A DNA stretch of 64,000 bases, taken from positions 16,268 to 80,267 of the forward strand of contig JAHLWZ010000206.1 in assembly GCA_020536535.1 (NCBI GenBank), written 5' to 3'. Shown in pieces: positions 37,221 through 49,754 of the stretch. The stretch comes from Pelomyxa schiedti (taxonomy: Eukaryota > Protista > Evosea). The notes beneath the pieces are model-generated. The model saw only the letters and a list, made by a program, of their open reading frames with translations, was not told the origin of the DNA and made no database searches. Both the position numbers and the translations under genes were made by a program. How positions within the stretch are numbered: position 1 is the first letter of the stretch; each line of letters begins with the position of its first letter.

Positions 37221-39302
37221 GAGGTTTTCCTTACCCTTCTCCTCAAGTATATTTATACCTCGCAGAATGGAGAGATAGATCCCAAACCGACTATATCTCC
37301 AAATGTTTACCAACCTGGCTTGTTTCTTCCAAAGATAATAACCAAAGACTTTGATCTGCAGTTCAAAAATATAGTTGATCTAGGGTCATGGGTTGTACCA
37401 CAGGTGGAGCCACTGGCGAGGATGGTTACATCCTCCCATTCATCTGTTTTACACATCGTGATTGCGGAAGAGCCTACTGATGCCGTCAGCCAGGTTGCAT
37501 CTCACATTGGTGGTACTGTACACACTTTCCGATTTTTCTGTTAGGGTGTACTTACTTTTTCCGAAATCTTGAACCATGTTTAGTGGGATGCTTGGTATGT
37601 CTCTTTAATCCTACACTGCAGCCTTTGATTGAAAATTTGAAGGATGACACATTGTCATACATGTGTGTCTTAGACACACTCCGTTACTTTTTTAGAGAAA
37701 ATATGTTTTTTGGAAAGCAAGTCCAGTATAGAAAGTTGCAACAGGTTTCTCTGCAATCTCCCTCTTTGTACTGACAACCTGACGTAGGTAGCAGCAGTGT
37801 TATGTGGCTACCGCTACTTATCTAGACTGTTCCTCATGAAGTTCGTAATCTTATTTTCCTACAACTTTAACATAATGTGTAGAATTCACAACGACTACAT
37901 GAATGGTACATTGCAGTCTATCGACTATTATGTAGAGTATGCTTATAGAATGATGCAACAGCGGTTGTTCCTCCACCAAAGAGACTTGTTTTACCAACAG
38001 TAGATATGATGAAGTGAAGAATACTCTGTGAGGAGATGCAGACCTTACTTCCGACTTTCTTCCCTTCTGGAGAGAAAAAATTTTCCATCAACCTGTCAAG
38101 AATATTATCCTGTGAGATGGATGTGTTCTTATTGAAATACCAAAAGCAGAGGAAGGTTTCTTTTTTCTTTCTTTGTGTTTTCTTATGTTTTCTTTAGACT
38201 ATCACCGAGTTTTAAAACACAGTAACTATATGAATCTGCTGAAGATAGTGCATGTTATCCCTACCAAGTTAGGGGTCACCATAACAGCTCCATGCCCTTG
38301 GGCGACAAAGCTCCTTTTGCCATGTGATCAGGAATATTGCATCCCAAACTACCGATTGCTATGTTCAAAGATGGAACTACTAAACAGCCAAGGTGATACT
38401 ATATTCCCAAAGGTTTTCCAGGATGTGTGCTCACCTTGGTCTACCCTGTATGATAGTGTATTGGGGGAATCATATGAATTTGAAGCTATTGGTGAGTCAT
38501 TTCTCCTTTCTCTCATGAAGTTAACAAGAAAACAGAATTGTCAATAAAACAGATATCTATCTGGAGATAACCATTCGTATCAAACAAAAGAGTAACCAAG
38601 TCTAATATCCCTTGGTCTTAACTTAACAGTTTTCTAGAAGTCAGTAATGGGAAGACACTCCATTGTGTGCCTTTTTCCTTAGCCTATGCAATCTCTAATT
38701 TTGAATGTATGAATGTACATTTGTGTTAATGCTCCTTTTTTTCTTTTTTGATTTCTGTGGCATCCAAGGCAGAACTGCAGGTATTTCTCTGTTTTTCTTT
38801 TTCGATTTCTCACACTTGAGACCAGGTGCAGCAACTTGCTGGCTGCTGAAATGAAAGCCTGTCATCACCAAGGCAAATCCCCCTCTCTCTGCATGCTCAC
38901 CCCACTAAACCATGACAGGTAAATGTGAAGACTATCCCTGCCCTTTTCTGCATTTCCGGCACTTTGTGACCTCCTCTGGTTGGTGGCTTCTCTTCTTTTT
39001 TTTTTTGACTTTTTCTCAAGGCTCAAGATATTATTTATGTGTAGGCCGACCTGCCTACTCAATCTCTTACCAAGGTACATTCCCTTTTTATTATCACCCC
39101 ACTCAACAACAACAGGACCCTGTGGGATGCCAGAAGGGCTGACGAACAGACTGGAATGTTAAGCTTTACCTCCACACACTTCCCTCAGCACTGACACCCC
39201 TTGCTCTCTCGTTCTCTTGCTCCTACGCACCCACCACTCCACTGGGCTCCTACACTCCACGCTTCCATATTCCAAACCTACACCTCTCCATGACGTGGTC
39301 TG

Positions 39303-39329
39303 GCCTGAAGTTGGTTTCCAACTTCAGGC
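39303..39329. repeat. Perfect 12-bp hairpin
   Basis: gcctgaagttgg-ttt-ccaacttcaggc followed by an A-rich run. Confidence 0.9.
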
Positions 39330-39519
39330 AAAAGAAAAAAAATTATTTTCTTTAAAGACCACTCGGTGAACAACCAACTTGGATACGTCGATTGGGGATC
39401 AATCACAACATTTTTTTGCGAAACAGATGACTGAAGACTGAGGTTGATTGTAGATCCCGCACTCCCCAAATTCTCCCTTCGGGGAATCTCCCCAAACAGC
39501 ACGTCGACTCATACACCAG

Positions 39520-40001
39520 GTTACATTGTGAAACGGAACTACAAATCAGCTGTCAAGTATCTGCTGAAGGCTGCAAATACAGGCGACTGTAGTGCCCAGT
39601 TTGCACTGGCAGAGAACGACTCATCAGGGAAGGGAGTTGAAAAAGATGAATCAGTGGTGTTCAGTTTGTTGCATTGAGGCACACACCCAGCTTGGAATGA
39701 TGTACATGACAGGCAACAGTGCCACACCAAAGGACACTCCCCAAGCCAGTCAGCCCTTTCAACTTGCCGTTCATAAGGCACACGTGATGCAATGAACCTC
39801 CTGCACAGATCAACCACCTCCATGATGCCAGAAACCAATCATATATCACTGGGAGAGGTGCATGAGACTGGACATGGAGGGGTGGCAAAGGATGTGAGGG
39901 AGGCTGTGAGGTGCCACAGGCCTGTGTCATCAACCAGTCACATGAGGAAAGTGGTGTTAGATAAACTCAAAGGGTATGTCAAGAGCCAGAAGATGTGGTA
40001 A
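39520..40001 (+). pseudogene. Degenerate Sel1-like repeat gene fragment
   Basis: NYKSAVKYLLKAANTGDCSAQFALA...GKGVEKD, AHTQLGMMYMTG and LGEVHETGHGGVAKDVREAVR lie in different frames with stops and no clean introns between them. Confidence 0.7.
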
Positions 40002-40124
40002 CAATCTCTATTTTCACAGACCTTGTAAATCAGGGTTGGCTGGGCAAAAAAAAAAAAAAACTTATTTGAAAAGCTACACAAAATTACTGTGTAGAATTCA
40101 CATTACAAACAAGAGTTGTTCTAG

Positions 40125-42770
40125 TCAAAATCGCCTTGGTGACGGGGTCTTTTTTACTTTGGAGGGTGTGGTAGTCGATGTAGTTGCACAGGGGCCAGAG
40201 TGTTCAGTCACACTCTTTTCAAGTTTGTGTAGGGCAGATATTCTTTTTGGGAGTTGGTCATGGTCGGCATTTTTGTGTGGAGTTACAGACAGTAATTCCT
40301 GGGGTGAGAGTTACATTAATAGTTAGTCAGTTTTGATTCACCTCAAGAGTGGGTACTAGCTCTGAAAGTACACAGAGGGGTTTGTGTAAAACTTGTGTGA
40401 TACTCTTTTTCTCTGCGGCTTCCAACTCCTGGTAAAGATGAAAAGGGATGGGGATGCTGTCATTATACCAAAACCCAGTAAGCAAATCCCGGATTTTTGT
40501 TTGCTTCTTCAATTGCCGCATTGGCTTCAGTCTGGTGCTGCACATAGGACTTGAATACAGTTTCTAACTCCGCCAAATTCAATATCTCACAAGCGGTGTC
40601 ACTCCAAAGAAGTGGTTGGGCGAGGCGATTTTCAAGACCAGCAGCAACACTGTACAACTGGTAAAACCAAAGTGCAGAGGGAAAACCTACCTGCTATAGT
40701 GGGAAAAGAGTTGCTGTGTAGCATCAAGTAAACCTTGCATTGAAGATTTGCTCAAACTACTTGCTGGATTTTCAGTTGATTTGAGAAGGGGTGTGACAAT
40801 TGCCTGTTAGACAAGGAAAACCGTAAGTCGCCGATGGGGAAAAAAGGTGTACATTTAGAATATGTTCAGTTTGTTCAGCCAGTTGTTTTGATGTGTTTTT
40901 AAGACCAGTGAGAATATCCAAGCGTCTTTTTACAAAATCAGTATGAGTCCTTCTGTCAGAGGAACCCTCAGCATTATCCTTGCATTCAAAAGGAATGTTA
41001 GTAGGGAATATGGCACTGTTGGGTGCACTTCTGTTGTGAGGAGCTTATTATTGGAATATTGGACCCCTTCACGAAGTAGATCTTTCCACTTGACTGCATC
41101 CTCATCTGTCTTCAATTTAAGAGTCAACGATGTATCAGGACTTGCAAGAAGAATTTGGTTGGTCTGTTTGTATTGTTAATGAGGATATATTAGATTGGTG
41201 TGAACCTTTCCAGTTACATCATGAACAGTACATATCTCCAGTAGCATTTGACCTTTAAAAACATACTTCTCCGGAGTGACAGTGGTTCTTTTTGCCACGA
41301 TGAGAATGTCATTGAAGAGAAAAGCTGTCCTCTTATTTCCATTGACAGAAAGATCAGTGGAGGATGTAAACCTAAAGCCTCAATTAGCATTAAGCAAAAT
41401 GTTATGTTTTTTGTAGGATTTCAATACCTTCTTGATGGGTCTGAGTTAAGGGCAGTTTTCAGATCTGGTATTTTACTCTGCACCTGGATGATTTCGGCCA
41501 TTGCTTCAGCTTCCTCTTTTTTTTTATTGAGTGTAGTCATTGTACTTGTGGTGAACTCAAGGGCTTCCTTCAAGAAAGGTTTGTCTGGGTGTTCTTGTTG
41601 TTTTCTATTAGCAAACAAATGGATTTTAGTGAGGAGACACCTGTAGGAGTGGACTCGTCAAGTTGCTTGAGGAGCAGGATATCTATGACTGAGTCAAAAC
41701 ACAATATGCATAGAGATCCACACACAACGAGGTATGCGTTGGATTGGAACAATCAACAAAGAGAACATATCAAGTCCACAAAATAGACTTGAGAATTCTG
41801 TTTTCTGTGAAGCCAAAAGGGGGGCAATGTAAATGAAAGGCCTTTGGGGTTAGAGGGACTCACAGAAAGAAGTTTGAAGAATGCAGAATTCTTCTCTCGA
41901 CAAGAGAGAAGGGTGTTAACAGAGGTGACATATTTGTTGAAGTAGTGACTGTAGAGTATCAGAAACCTAACTTCATTGACGAAAATATCACCAATGGCGG
42001 CGTTACAGCTCCAGGAGCCCATACGTTTTCGCATTGAATTGTACAATCTACAGGAATGTTAGTTCCAAAATGAAAGCTATTTTAGAGACTTTGTATGAGC
42101 TTGACTGAGAAATGTTATTACTGAGAAAATATTATCAATTTCCTCGCTTGAAAGCAGGTTTTGCTGAGTTACTGTGTCTTTAAACTTAACCAAAATACAT
42201 TAAAATCTCAACAGTCAAGAGTGCAAGAATTTACAGTATTCAGAGCATTTAGTTGATCCAGATATGAGTGTTCAGTGGAACCAAGCTCTGAAATGATATT
42301 TCTTCTCCGTCCCATCATCTCCGCCAACCCTGTTCTATCGGAAAGGCTTGCTGCCCAGCCTCCAATGCCATCAAGTTCCTCTTAGATACTTTGTGGGTTT
42401 TTGCCAGACTGCAACACAAAAGTACCTTCAGGAGTCATTTTTGCTGATAAAGCCAAGTACTCTGTAGGAATAGTTCTAGGGGCACTAGAGGAGTGTGTAA
42501 AAAATCTGGACTTGTTGTCAGCTTCGTTTGTCGCCACGAGAGTTTTTGCTCGCTCTCTGGATGACTGGGGTGTCAAAAAAGTGGATGACGACAGTGGACT
42601 CTCCGCACTACCTGGGGGACTGGGAATGGAAAAAAGCGTGTTAGCAAACACTCACATCATGTAGTGGGGGAAAAAAAAAAGCACAAGAATTCCCCATACC
42701 GAGGAGAAGACGGGGGTGATGGTGTAGATTTCGAAGGTAAGACTATAGTGGGAACTGGAGGTGTCGCCAT
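40125..42770 (-). CDS. Dbl-family RhoGEF (DH-PH plus C-terminal extension); multi-exon
   Basis: RRNIISELGSTEHSYLDQL, IDNIFSN, IGDIFVN...LYSHYFNKY, LIVPIQRIPR, LLLKQL...EHPDKPFLKEAL. A PH-like segment ends DEDAVKWKDLLREGV. Confidence 0.85.
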
Positions 42771-43132
42771 TCCGGAATCCCCGTCTCGTGCAGTGGGTGT
42801 GTGTCGTGCTGGTTTGTTTTGTTGTTATGGTTTTGACAGGTTGTTTGTCCCTCTGTACAACAACGCGCCCCGGAAATATGTCTCCTTCGACGTGCTTTCA
42901 CCGCTTTTTAGTTTCGACTGAAATCCACGCCGTTTCCTATTTAGTGGAAGCTGCACCGGACATCAAATCCCCGTAGTTCTCCCCGCTTCGGGCCCTTAAC
43001 GATCGACCTCAATGGAACCACCAAGGCTCCTCAGCGACAACAGGCAACCCCATCACCCCTGGTGGGCCCCAGTGTCGATCACAGAGGGGAACCTGTAGTT
43101 TGCCATTTTCCGTAGAATCGGGAACTGAAGGG

Positions 43133-46100
43133 ATGGCATCATCACCAGCAGCGCGCAGCGTGGAAGTGAAGGTGGGAGAGGATCCCCTGTCGGCCAAACC
43201 CACGACCCCAGCGCCCTCGCCCGCCCCCCTGCGCCCCTCCCCTGTCTCCTCTGCCTCGTCCTCGCCCGCCTCCTCCTCGTCCACCACCACCACCACCACC
43301 ACCACCTCCCGACCCCCTCCGCCGCCGCCGACGCAGCAAAAACAGCATCAGCAGCAGTTGCAGCTGCAGCCGTGTCCCTCGCCCCTCGGCCCAGCGGCCT
43401 CTCCGTCTCCCCCATCCCCCGGCAGCCCGTCGCCGCTAGTGACTTTGGGCAGCAAGCCCACGTGCCCGCCTCCCCTCCTGCCGTCTTCACCCTCCTCCTC
43501 CTCCTCCTCATCATCATCATCATCATCATCCACTGGTAGTAGTAGCGGGGGAATTGGTGTTGTTGGCCAGCAGGTGACCACCCACCCACTCGCTCCCCCT
43601 GCTGTTGTTTCCACTGTGGCGGCTGCGCTCACCCCCGCTCACCCGCGGTCTCCTGCTCCGGTTCCTCCGTTACACTCACAGTCACAGTTACAGTCACAAC
43701 CACTGACACAGAAAGAGACACGGTCACCGTCGCCATCGCCATCACCCTCGCATGTGGGCATCGGTTCGACTCATCGAAAGGCGGCTGAGGCTTCTGCCAT
43801 TGAGGCACTCCCACAAGTTCCTAATAATGCAGTTGGGCCTCCGGAATCACAGAGTTCCGCGAGTGTTGGGGCTCTGAATGTCACTACAAATGAAACTGGC
43901 ACAAGCAATGGAACTATGAATGGAACTGGAAGTAGCAATGAGCAACAAGGGGAGATCAGGACAGTTGTCACGCACTTTAATGCAAAAAAAACAATACAAC
44001 ATACTCATCATTCAATTGTGGAGAGTGTGCAAGGAGACTATGTATGTAGTTGGCCTTTTACTTTTGTTGTGCTTCCACATGTCCACTCGAACTCGAATTT
44101 CCAAGAATATGTAACTCAAACAAAAAAGTATATAGTATCAAGTCTGGGCACTCGCAGTGACACGCAAATCATTCAAATTGAATCAACTACTGGCTCTTTG
44201 ATGTTGAAACCTCTTGCTTTATGCCACCCTTAATCCCCCAAATTTTCAGATTTCACAAGCAACCACAGCTTGACATTTTCAGTTCACATGAAGCTGCCAT
44301 GGATTTTCTTTCCGTCACAAAACAAATTCCTATCAAAAATATTATGTATATTCACCCTCAGTCTATAAGTATTTCACAAACATAAAGGGAAGTTCGAGCT
44401 ATAGTGGGATATTGTGTTATTGCCTCTACAGGGTTTTTGCTTGTAGTACTGAAGGTATCGCCTCTAATTTTCTCAGGTATTACTAATACTTATTTTCAAA
44501 TAGGCAAATCCAGTTGTTACTCTCTTTGGTAAACATACTATCAATGTGATAACTGAGTCTCAGTGGATAAAGATACCACTGTCACACATGCAAAACTCAA
44601 GGTTTGGTCTGTTGCATATTACATACTTTCTTTTCCTTAAACAGATATTTATTTTGGGGAATAAAGTAAGTTAGAACAGAAAAATGCTGAACTGCTTATG
44701 GGCTTCCCTGTTGATGAGTTTCATTTTTTCTGTGACTCATTTGATATCTCCTATCCATTTCCTTCATCACGACTTATCTCAGAGTATAGCCTGTCATGCA
44801 ATCATGCCTTAATTACATGTTTTTTCAAGACCCAGAAGTGAAATGTGCTGGAACGAGTGGTTATCTGCACCATTTGGGAGTCTGGGAATGAGAGATTGGT
44901 GTGTGGTCCTAATGCAAGGTGTAGTTTGCACAAAAACAATCCCAGAAGTAGCTTGTACGTAAATGACTTTGTGTATTGCCTTTCAATGATCTAACACAGG
45001 CAAACTTTGTTTAATCACACGGAAGAGTTCTTTGCACCCCGGCACAAGATTTTTTGCTAGAGGAATTAATGAGAAAGGAGGTAAAAAATACAGTCATATC
45101 AAGATTGAAGGACCAACTGCCTGCAAGGTCCTGGTAATGAGATGGAGACAGAGCTCATAATGTGGACTGAAATTGACCAAGTATACTGTCACTTTTAGCT
45201 CCTCTAATATTTGTGTCAGAAAATGCAATGGTCATCATTTGTTTGGAGACGTGGAACAGTGCCACTCTGGTGGAATCAGAATGCAAAGGGGGTATGTAGG
45301 TTTTAAAACCTCTGAAAGTCTCACTCTTGTAGGTGGGGGAAGCTGAAATTGTTGTCAAGTGTGATCAACCATATGAAGGCACGGAACTGTACTTCACCAG
45401 TCTTTTTTCCCAATATGGACACCCAATATATGCTATTAATCTGTTGAGAGCCGCTTTCTTCCGGGAAGAAACTATGCTTTCTGAGGTGCGGTGCTCTTTG
45501 ACATCTTTTCCCCCCTCAACTGATTGCTGATATTCTGCAGCATTACCAACAAGCTATGAAACATGCCAAAAACTTTCTTAATGCTGAAATAAACATGATA
45601 AATTATGACTGGCATAACAACATGAAATCGCTTGGACTTGACAATACAATTGCAGGATTCTGGGGGATCCTTAAGAATTGCCTCTCTAGGCTTGATCTCT
45701 CAGAAGGATCCCTATCTGTGTATATAACTGTAATAAAAACAAGTTTACTAAGGCAAAAAATAGAACAGTTAAAGTGACTGAAAGCGGGAAGCTGGGAGTG
45801 GAGACAACAACTTATGAAACTCTATCAACTCAGAAAGGAGTATTGAGATTCAACTGTGCAGATTCCTTAGATAGAACTAATCTGGCAACATTCTGTATGA
45901 TCTAATATTTAAGCGCCAAAGGTCACTCTTCCTCACTGGAGTAAACAGTTACAACATTGCAAGTTGTGGCAGAAATGGCACGACTTCTCTCCCTTGATAT
46001 CAAGCCAGGTGACAAGAAATGCATTGGTTAGAAGTAACACTACATAGGACTTTCCAAGTGGGGATTCTTTGAACTGCCTCTTGCTCCTTTAACTGAGTAT

Positions 46101-49100
46101 TTGGGAACTCTGGGTATTATTGCCCCTATTGCTGAAATGTTCAGTATGTCTCTGTATCTCACATAAGCTCATCAATATTAGTTGAGACTGGTGATGTTTG
46201 CAGCATGTTATATACAAACTCACCAGCTGCGTATTCAATGCTCATGCGGGATTATGCCCCAAATGCAGCAGCTGCCCCCATGAATGCTATGATTGTGATT
46301 CACATTTATTTCCTACATTTCTCATTCTTCTATGTAGTCTGTTCAGAGACGGTACCAAAATTTGTTCAATGACCAAATTCGGCAATCTCAATATGAAATG
46401 TTCACAGGAGTCAACAAGTACATCACTCACTTTTCATATTCCAATGAGACACTTTTAGGAACAAGTACTTTCCTAGTCTTCAAAATGCCCCTATTGAGCT
46501 CGTCTCTGTCAGTCCATCTTGGCTGATAAAGCCACTGGCTCAAGTACTTTACACCCAAGATACCCAATTTCAAACGGACTTTAGATGCTGGAAACACCTG
46601 TATTCAGTGATAATAACATCTTTGAAAGAATCCCAAACTTTATTTGGATCTGTCCTAGTGGTGACCAGCTTTGTGATGTACAACTAGCACACAATATCAG
46701 CAGAATTCATATTTTCCTAGATATACCTTTTTCTTCATTCCCCCTGTGTTGTCACAGAAATTGGGCTTTATCTGATGAGTGGAACTAACCATCGAACGCA
46801 ACCACAGACCCTCAATGTTAGGGTGGGCTTATATATGGACACTTTGAATTATGTGCTACATGTAAGTGTTAAATTACTTGTTACAGTGTAACCTCTTTGC
46901 AGGATGTTGCATTACCACAGTGTGCAGCCGGAACTCGTCTTGTTTTCCCAATATCCAACACAATGTCCAATACCTATGACCAGTACCATGTGCTAAATGC
47001 AAGTTCGTAATCACTCCTTTGAATTTCAAATTCACTTAGCAAAGAACCAATGGCATCAAGACTCCTTTCCCGTATTGTGCATCTTACTTTGCTCGGAATC
47101 GCATCAGAAAATTTAGCCCTGACCATTGGAACTGTTACTCTCATCCCTTCTCTTCTTACACCCACTAAGAAACCTCTAGATTGAGATTTTTGGTATTAAA
47201 ACAAACCAACATAACTTAAGACTGGTAATTCCTTTCCTTGTCCACCGTCTTCTCAAAACTAAAAGGGTCCTTTCACCTCTGATATTGTATGTTTGATCTC
47301 AACTTACAAAGTATTTAAAGTTGATAGCCGTCGGACTCAGACTGGATAACCGCAGCAGTTGAATACTTGTCATCTGTTACACCACCAGCGAGTGTGGATG
47401 CCATCAAGTACCTTTATTTTCTTTCGTAGTATTACATTCTTTTTTTAAACAAAAATGTAAGTCAGGATCCATTTCAACTTTCTGAAATTGGTAAGAGTAT
47501 ATACAGCTCTTTTTTTCCTCATTCCTAGTAGAAAGAAAAATTCAACTGCAATCGACAGCTTCTGGCTTTTCTGACAGCCTTTCTTTCACCTTAGCAAATT
47601 GTTTAGAACTTGAATATAAACGATTACAACTGAATATTCCTCCCTCTGAAAGGTATAAAATCTGACAATATCCACAAAGTAAGTTCGGTTGCAGGGACAA
47701 TATAATTTGTGGACTGTCATTAAACACTCAACAGTTTCTGCCATGCTCGTATATTTACTTGCGTGATGATAAAGCTGAACGTTCGTTCTTCCATCGATAC
47801 AATCTTGGAATAAGAAATTACAGAATCCATCAAACGGGGAATAATTTCACGGAGTCTTGTTAAAGAATGTCACCGATGCCACACCAATCTCTCTCGCACA
47901 TTTGCGCGCTATTCACAATGCAACTACTGCTATTTCCTCTTTTGCACTAAGTGCATGGCTCCTAAACTAATTCCAGTGATTTTTTTTATTATTTGAGTGA
48001 TTCACCTAATTCCGTTTATTAAGATAGTGGAATTTTTGTGGGGTAAACCTTGCGAAGTGTGCCTGACTTGCTATGATGACCTCTCTCGCCAGTTGCACTT
48101 GTTCTCGGGAATTCTATACTTCAATCGTACGTCTATTTCGAGACAGAACAGCAACATTACCAACAATTATCAAAAGGTAGAGAAAAGGAAAGAGAGTCAG
48201 AGAAATCCAAAAAGCCGGACCCCATTCTTAAGGTAACCTCTCTTTTGGTGTCTGGTAATCCTTTTGCTAGTTTATTGTGGAATCCATGTCTATGAGTGTC
48301 TCTGCTCCTCAAGAATATGACATTTTGAAGGGACATGAAATATCCTTGGCTGACTTCCCACTTGGAGGTCTTTTGGTTTCACTGGTGTGACGATATTCAA
48401 ATGTATTTTACTGTTAACTGTATACAGCCAACAGCTGTTGACTCTCCTCCTGCTGAAGTTATCCTTCTGCCTCCTGCAGTTGCATCAGAGGCCCTTTTCT
48501 GGAGCTGTGAAGCAGGCATATACTCCGTTCAAGTACTCATTTCTCTCGCCTTCACATCCATGGTCACGTCATTCACCCTTGTTGTTGATCCTCTAGGGTA
48601 CTTTTCATTTGGAAACATGTTTTTTAACAGGCCACAAAGATACCACAAGGAGGACCTCCCATCTTTCGAATTTCATGGAGGATTAACCCTAGGTGCACTT
48701 ACATTTATTGGAAGCTGGGAGCTACCAAGTGCAGAACCTCCTCCAGGAACGGATATTTCTTGATTTCTTCACTCTTTTAAAGCTGCAAAAGATGGACAGG
48801 TCATACAGCCAAATGGGCGTCATATTTTCACCCTCCAGTCGAGCACAGTTTGCCAAGTATTCTCTTTGAGAATTACAATACCCAAACCAGCTAGTGCAAT
48901 ACCATCAGCATCAAGTAAGTTCCCTTGATTAACTAAACTTTCCACTTAAGCACCACAAAAGAAAAGCCATGCATACATATAGGACGAATAATTTTGAAGG
49001 GAATTCCCCATACATCCCCTCAACTGTCATCACTGACACCAACACTTACACCTCATGATCAATTCCTATGGGACTCGGTTGTTAAGTCCAGACCAGAAAC

Positions 49101-49668
49101 TTTCGAAAAGGTTATATTTATAATGATTTTTTTACCTACCCCAGAAAAGGTGAATCCAGTTTTTACCCACCCCAGCTTTACAAAGCTGCAACAACAACCC
49201 ATCATGACCTTTGGGATTGGGTCGGCAAATATACAAGGATTCGCAATGAGGATTAAGCACACCAATGACTCCATCCTCACACAGGTATTCCTTCATCTCG
49301 ACCCGATAAAAGCCACCACTTCAATCATTAGGTAAGAATTCTGATGGTTCATTTTGTTGTTGTAGACACACACAATGAAGTACAACATCAGAGTCAGGTA
49401 CTCATCACTCCCTCCATCTTTCACCAAAAAAATAATCTCACCCTTTAACAAGCCCGTACTGTTTTTGATTCCCAAGTGCAAATCCAGCACAATTCTGACC
49501 TACCACCTTTCACCACCAATTAACATGCAAAGGCCCGCACCACCCACAGCCCCACAGACACTCACACACCAACAATACAATGCCATCGTGTTCACCTTTG
49601 CATGTTCCTATAGCCCTCCTTCTCCTGCTGCTGTATGTGATTTTGGCCTATTCACGAATTCCCACTAA
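43133..49668 (+). CDS. SAC-domain phosphoinositide phosphatase, SAC9-like, with FYVE-like zinc finger; multi-exon
   Basis: RKSSLHPGTRFFARGIN, PGNEMETELIMW and catalytic RFNCADSLDRTN at ~45846-45881. Cys cluster CHRC...CNYCYFLFCTKC...CEVCLTCY at ~47870-48080. Pro/Ser-rich N-terminus. Confidence 0.88.
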
Positions 49669-49754
49669 AACAAAATAAAAAGTAAAAAATACCAAGTTTT
49701 ATTTGATAGGTGCCATTTTTAGGCGCGTGTTACTCCACTACTGGCTGCAAGGCA

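Larger units (their letters stand above)
34257..38720 (+). pseudogene. Spliced gene made of two diverged tandem copies of an unrecognised domain; disrupted by a 491-bp insertion and two in-frame TGA codons
   Basis: Repeat 1 vs repeat 2: PKYFIPK/PGLFLPK, DPGSFILPDIEQL/DLGSWVVPQVEPL, IYEDCVKGQFTCIEDYV/IHNDYMNGTLQSIDYYV, FLANWRKILF/FLPFWREKIF, DYNKIMK/DYHRVLK, VTPPYPW/ITAPCPW. TGA at 38029 and 38113. Start and end are tentative. Confidence 0.6.

Noticed and set aside
38029-38115. Alternative genetic code or selenocysteine
   Set aside because: TGA clearly terminates other genes in the window, no SECIS was recognised, and the gene shows other signs of decay.
39303-39341. Rho-independent terminator
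   Set aside because: Eukaryotic DNA, and no U-tract follows the hairpin on either strand.
11072-49668. Functional cluster of small-GTPase signalling genes (two RhoGEFs, RasGEF, Rab7-like, SAC)
   Set aside because: These families are highly expanded in amoeboid genomes, and the genes are interspersed with unrelated ones.
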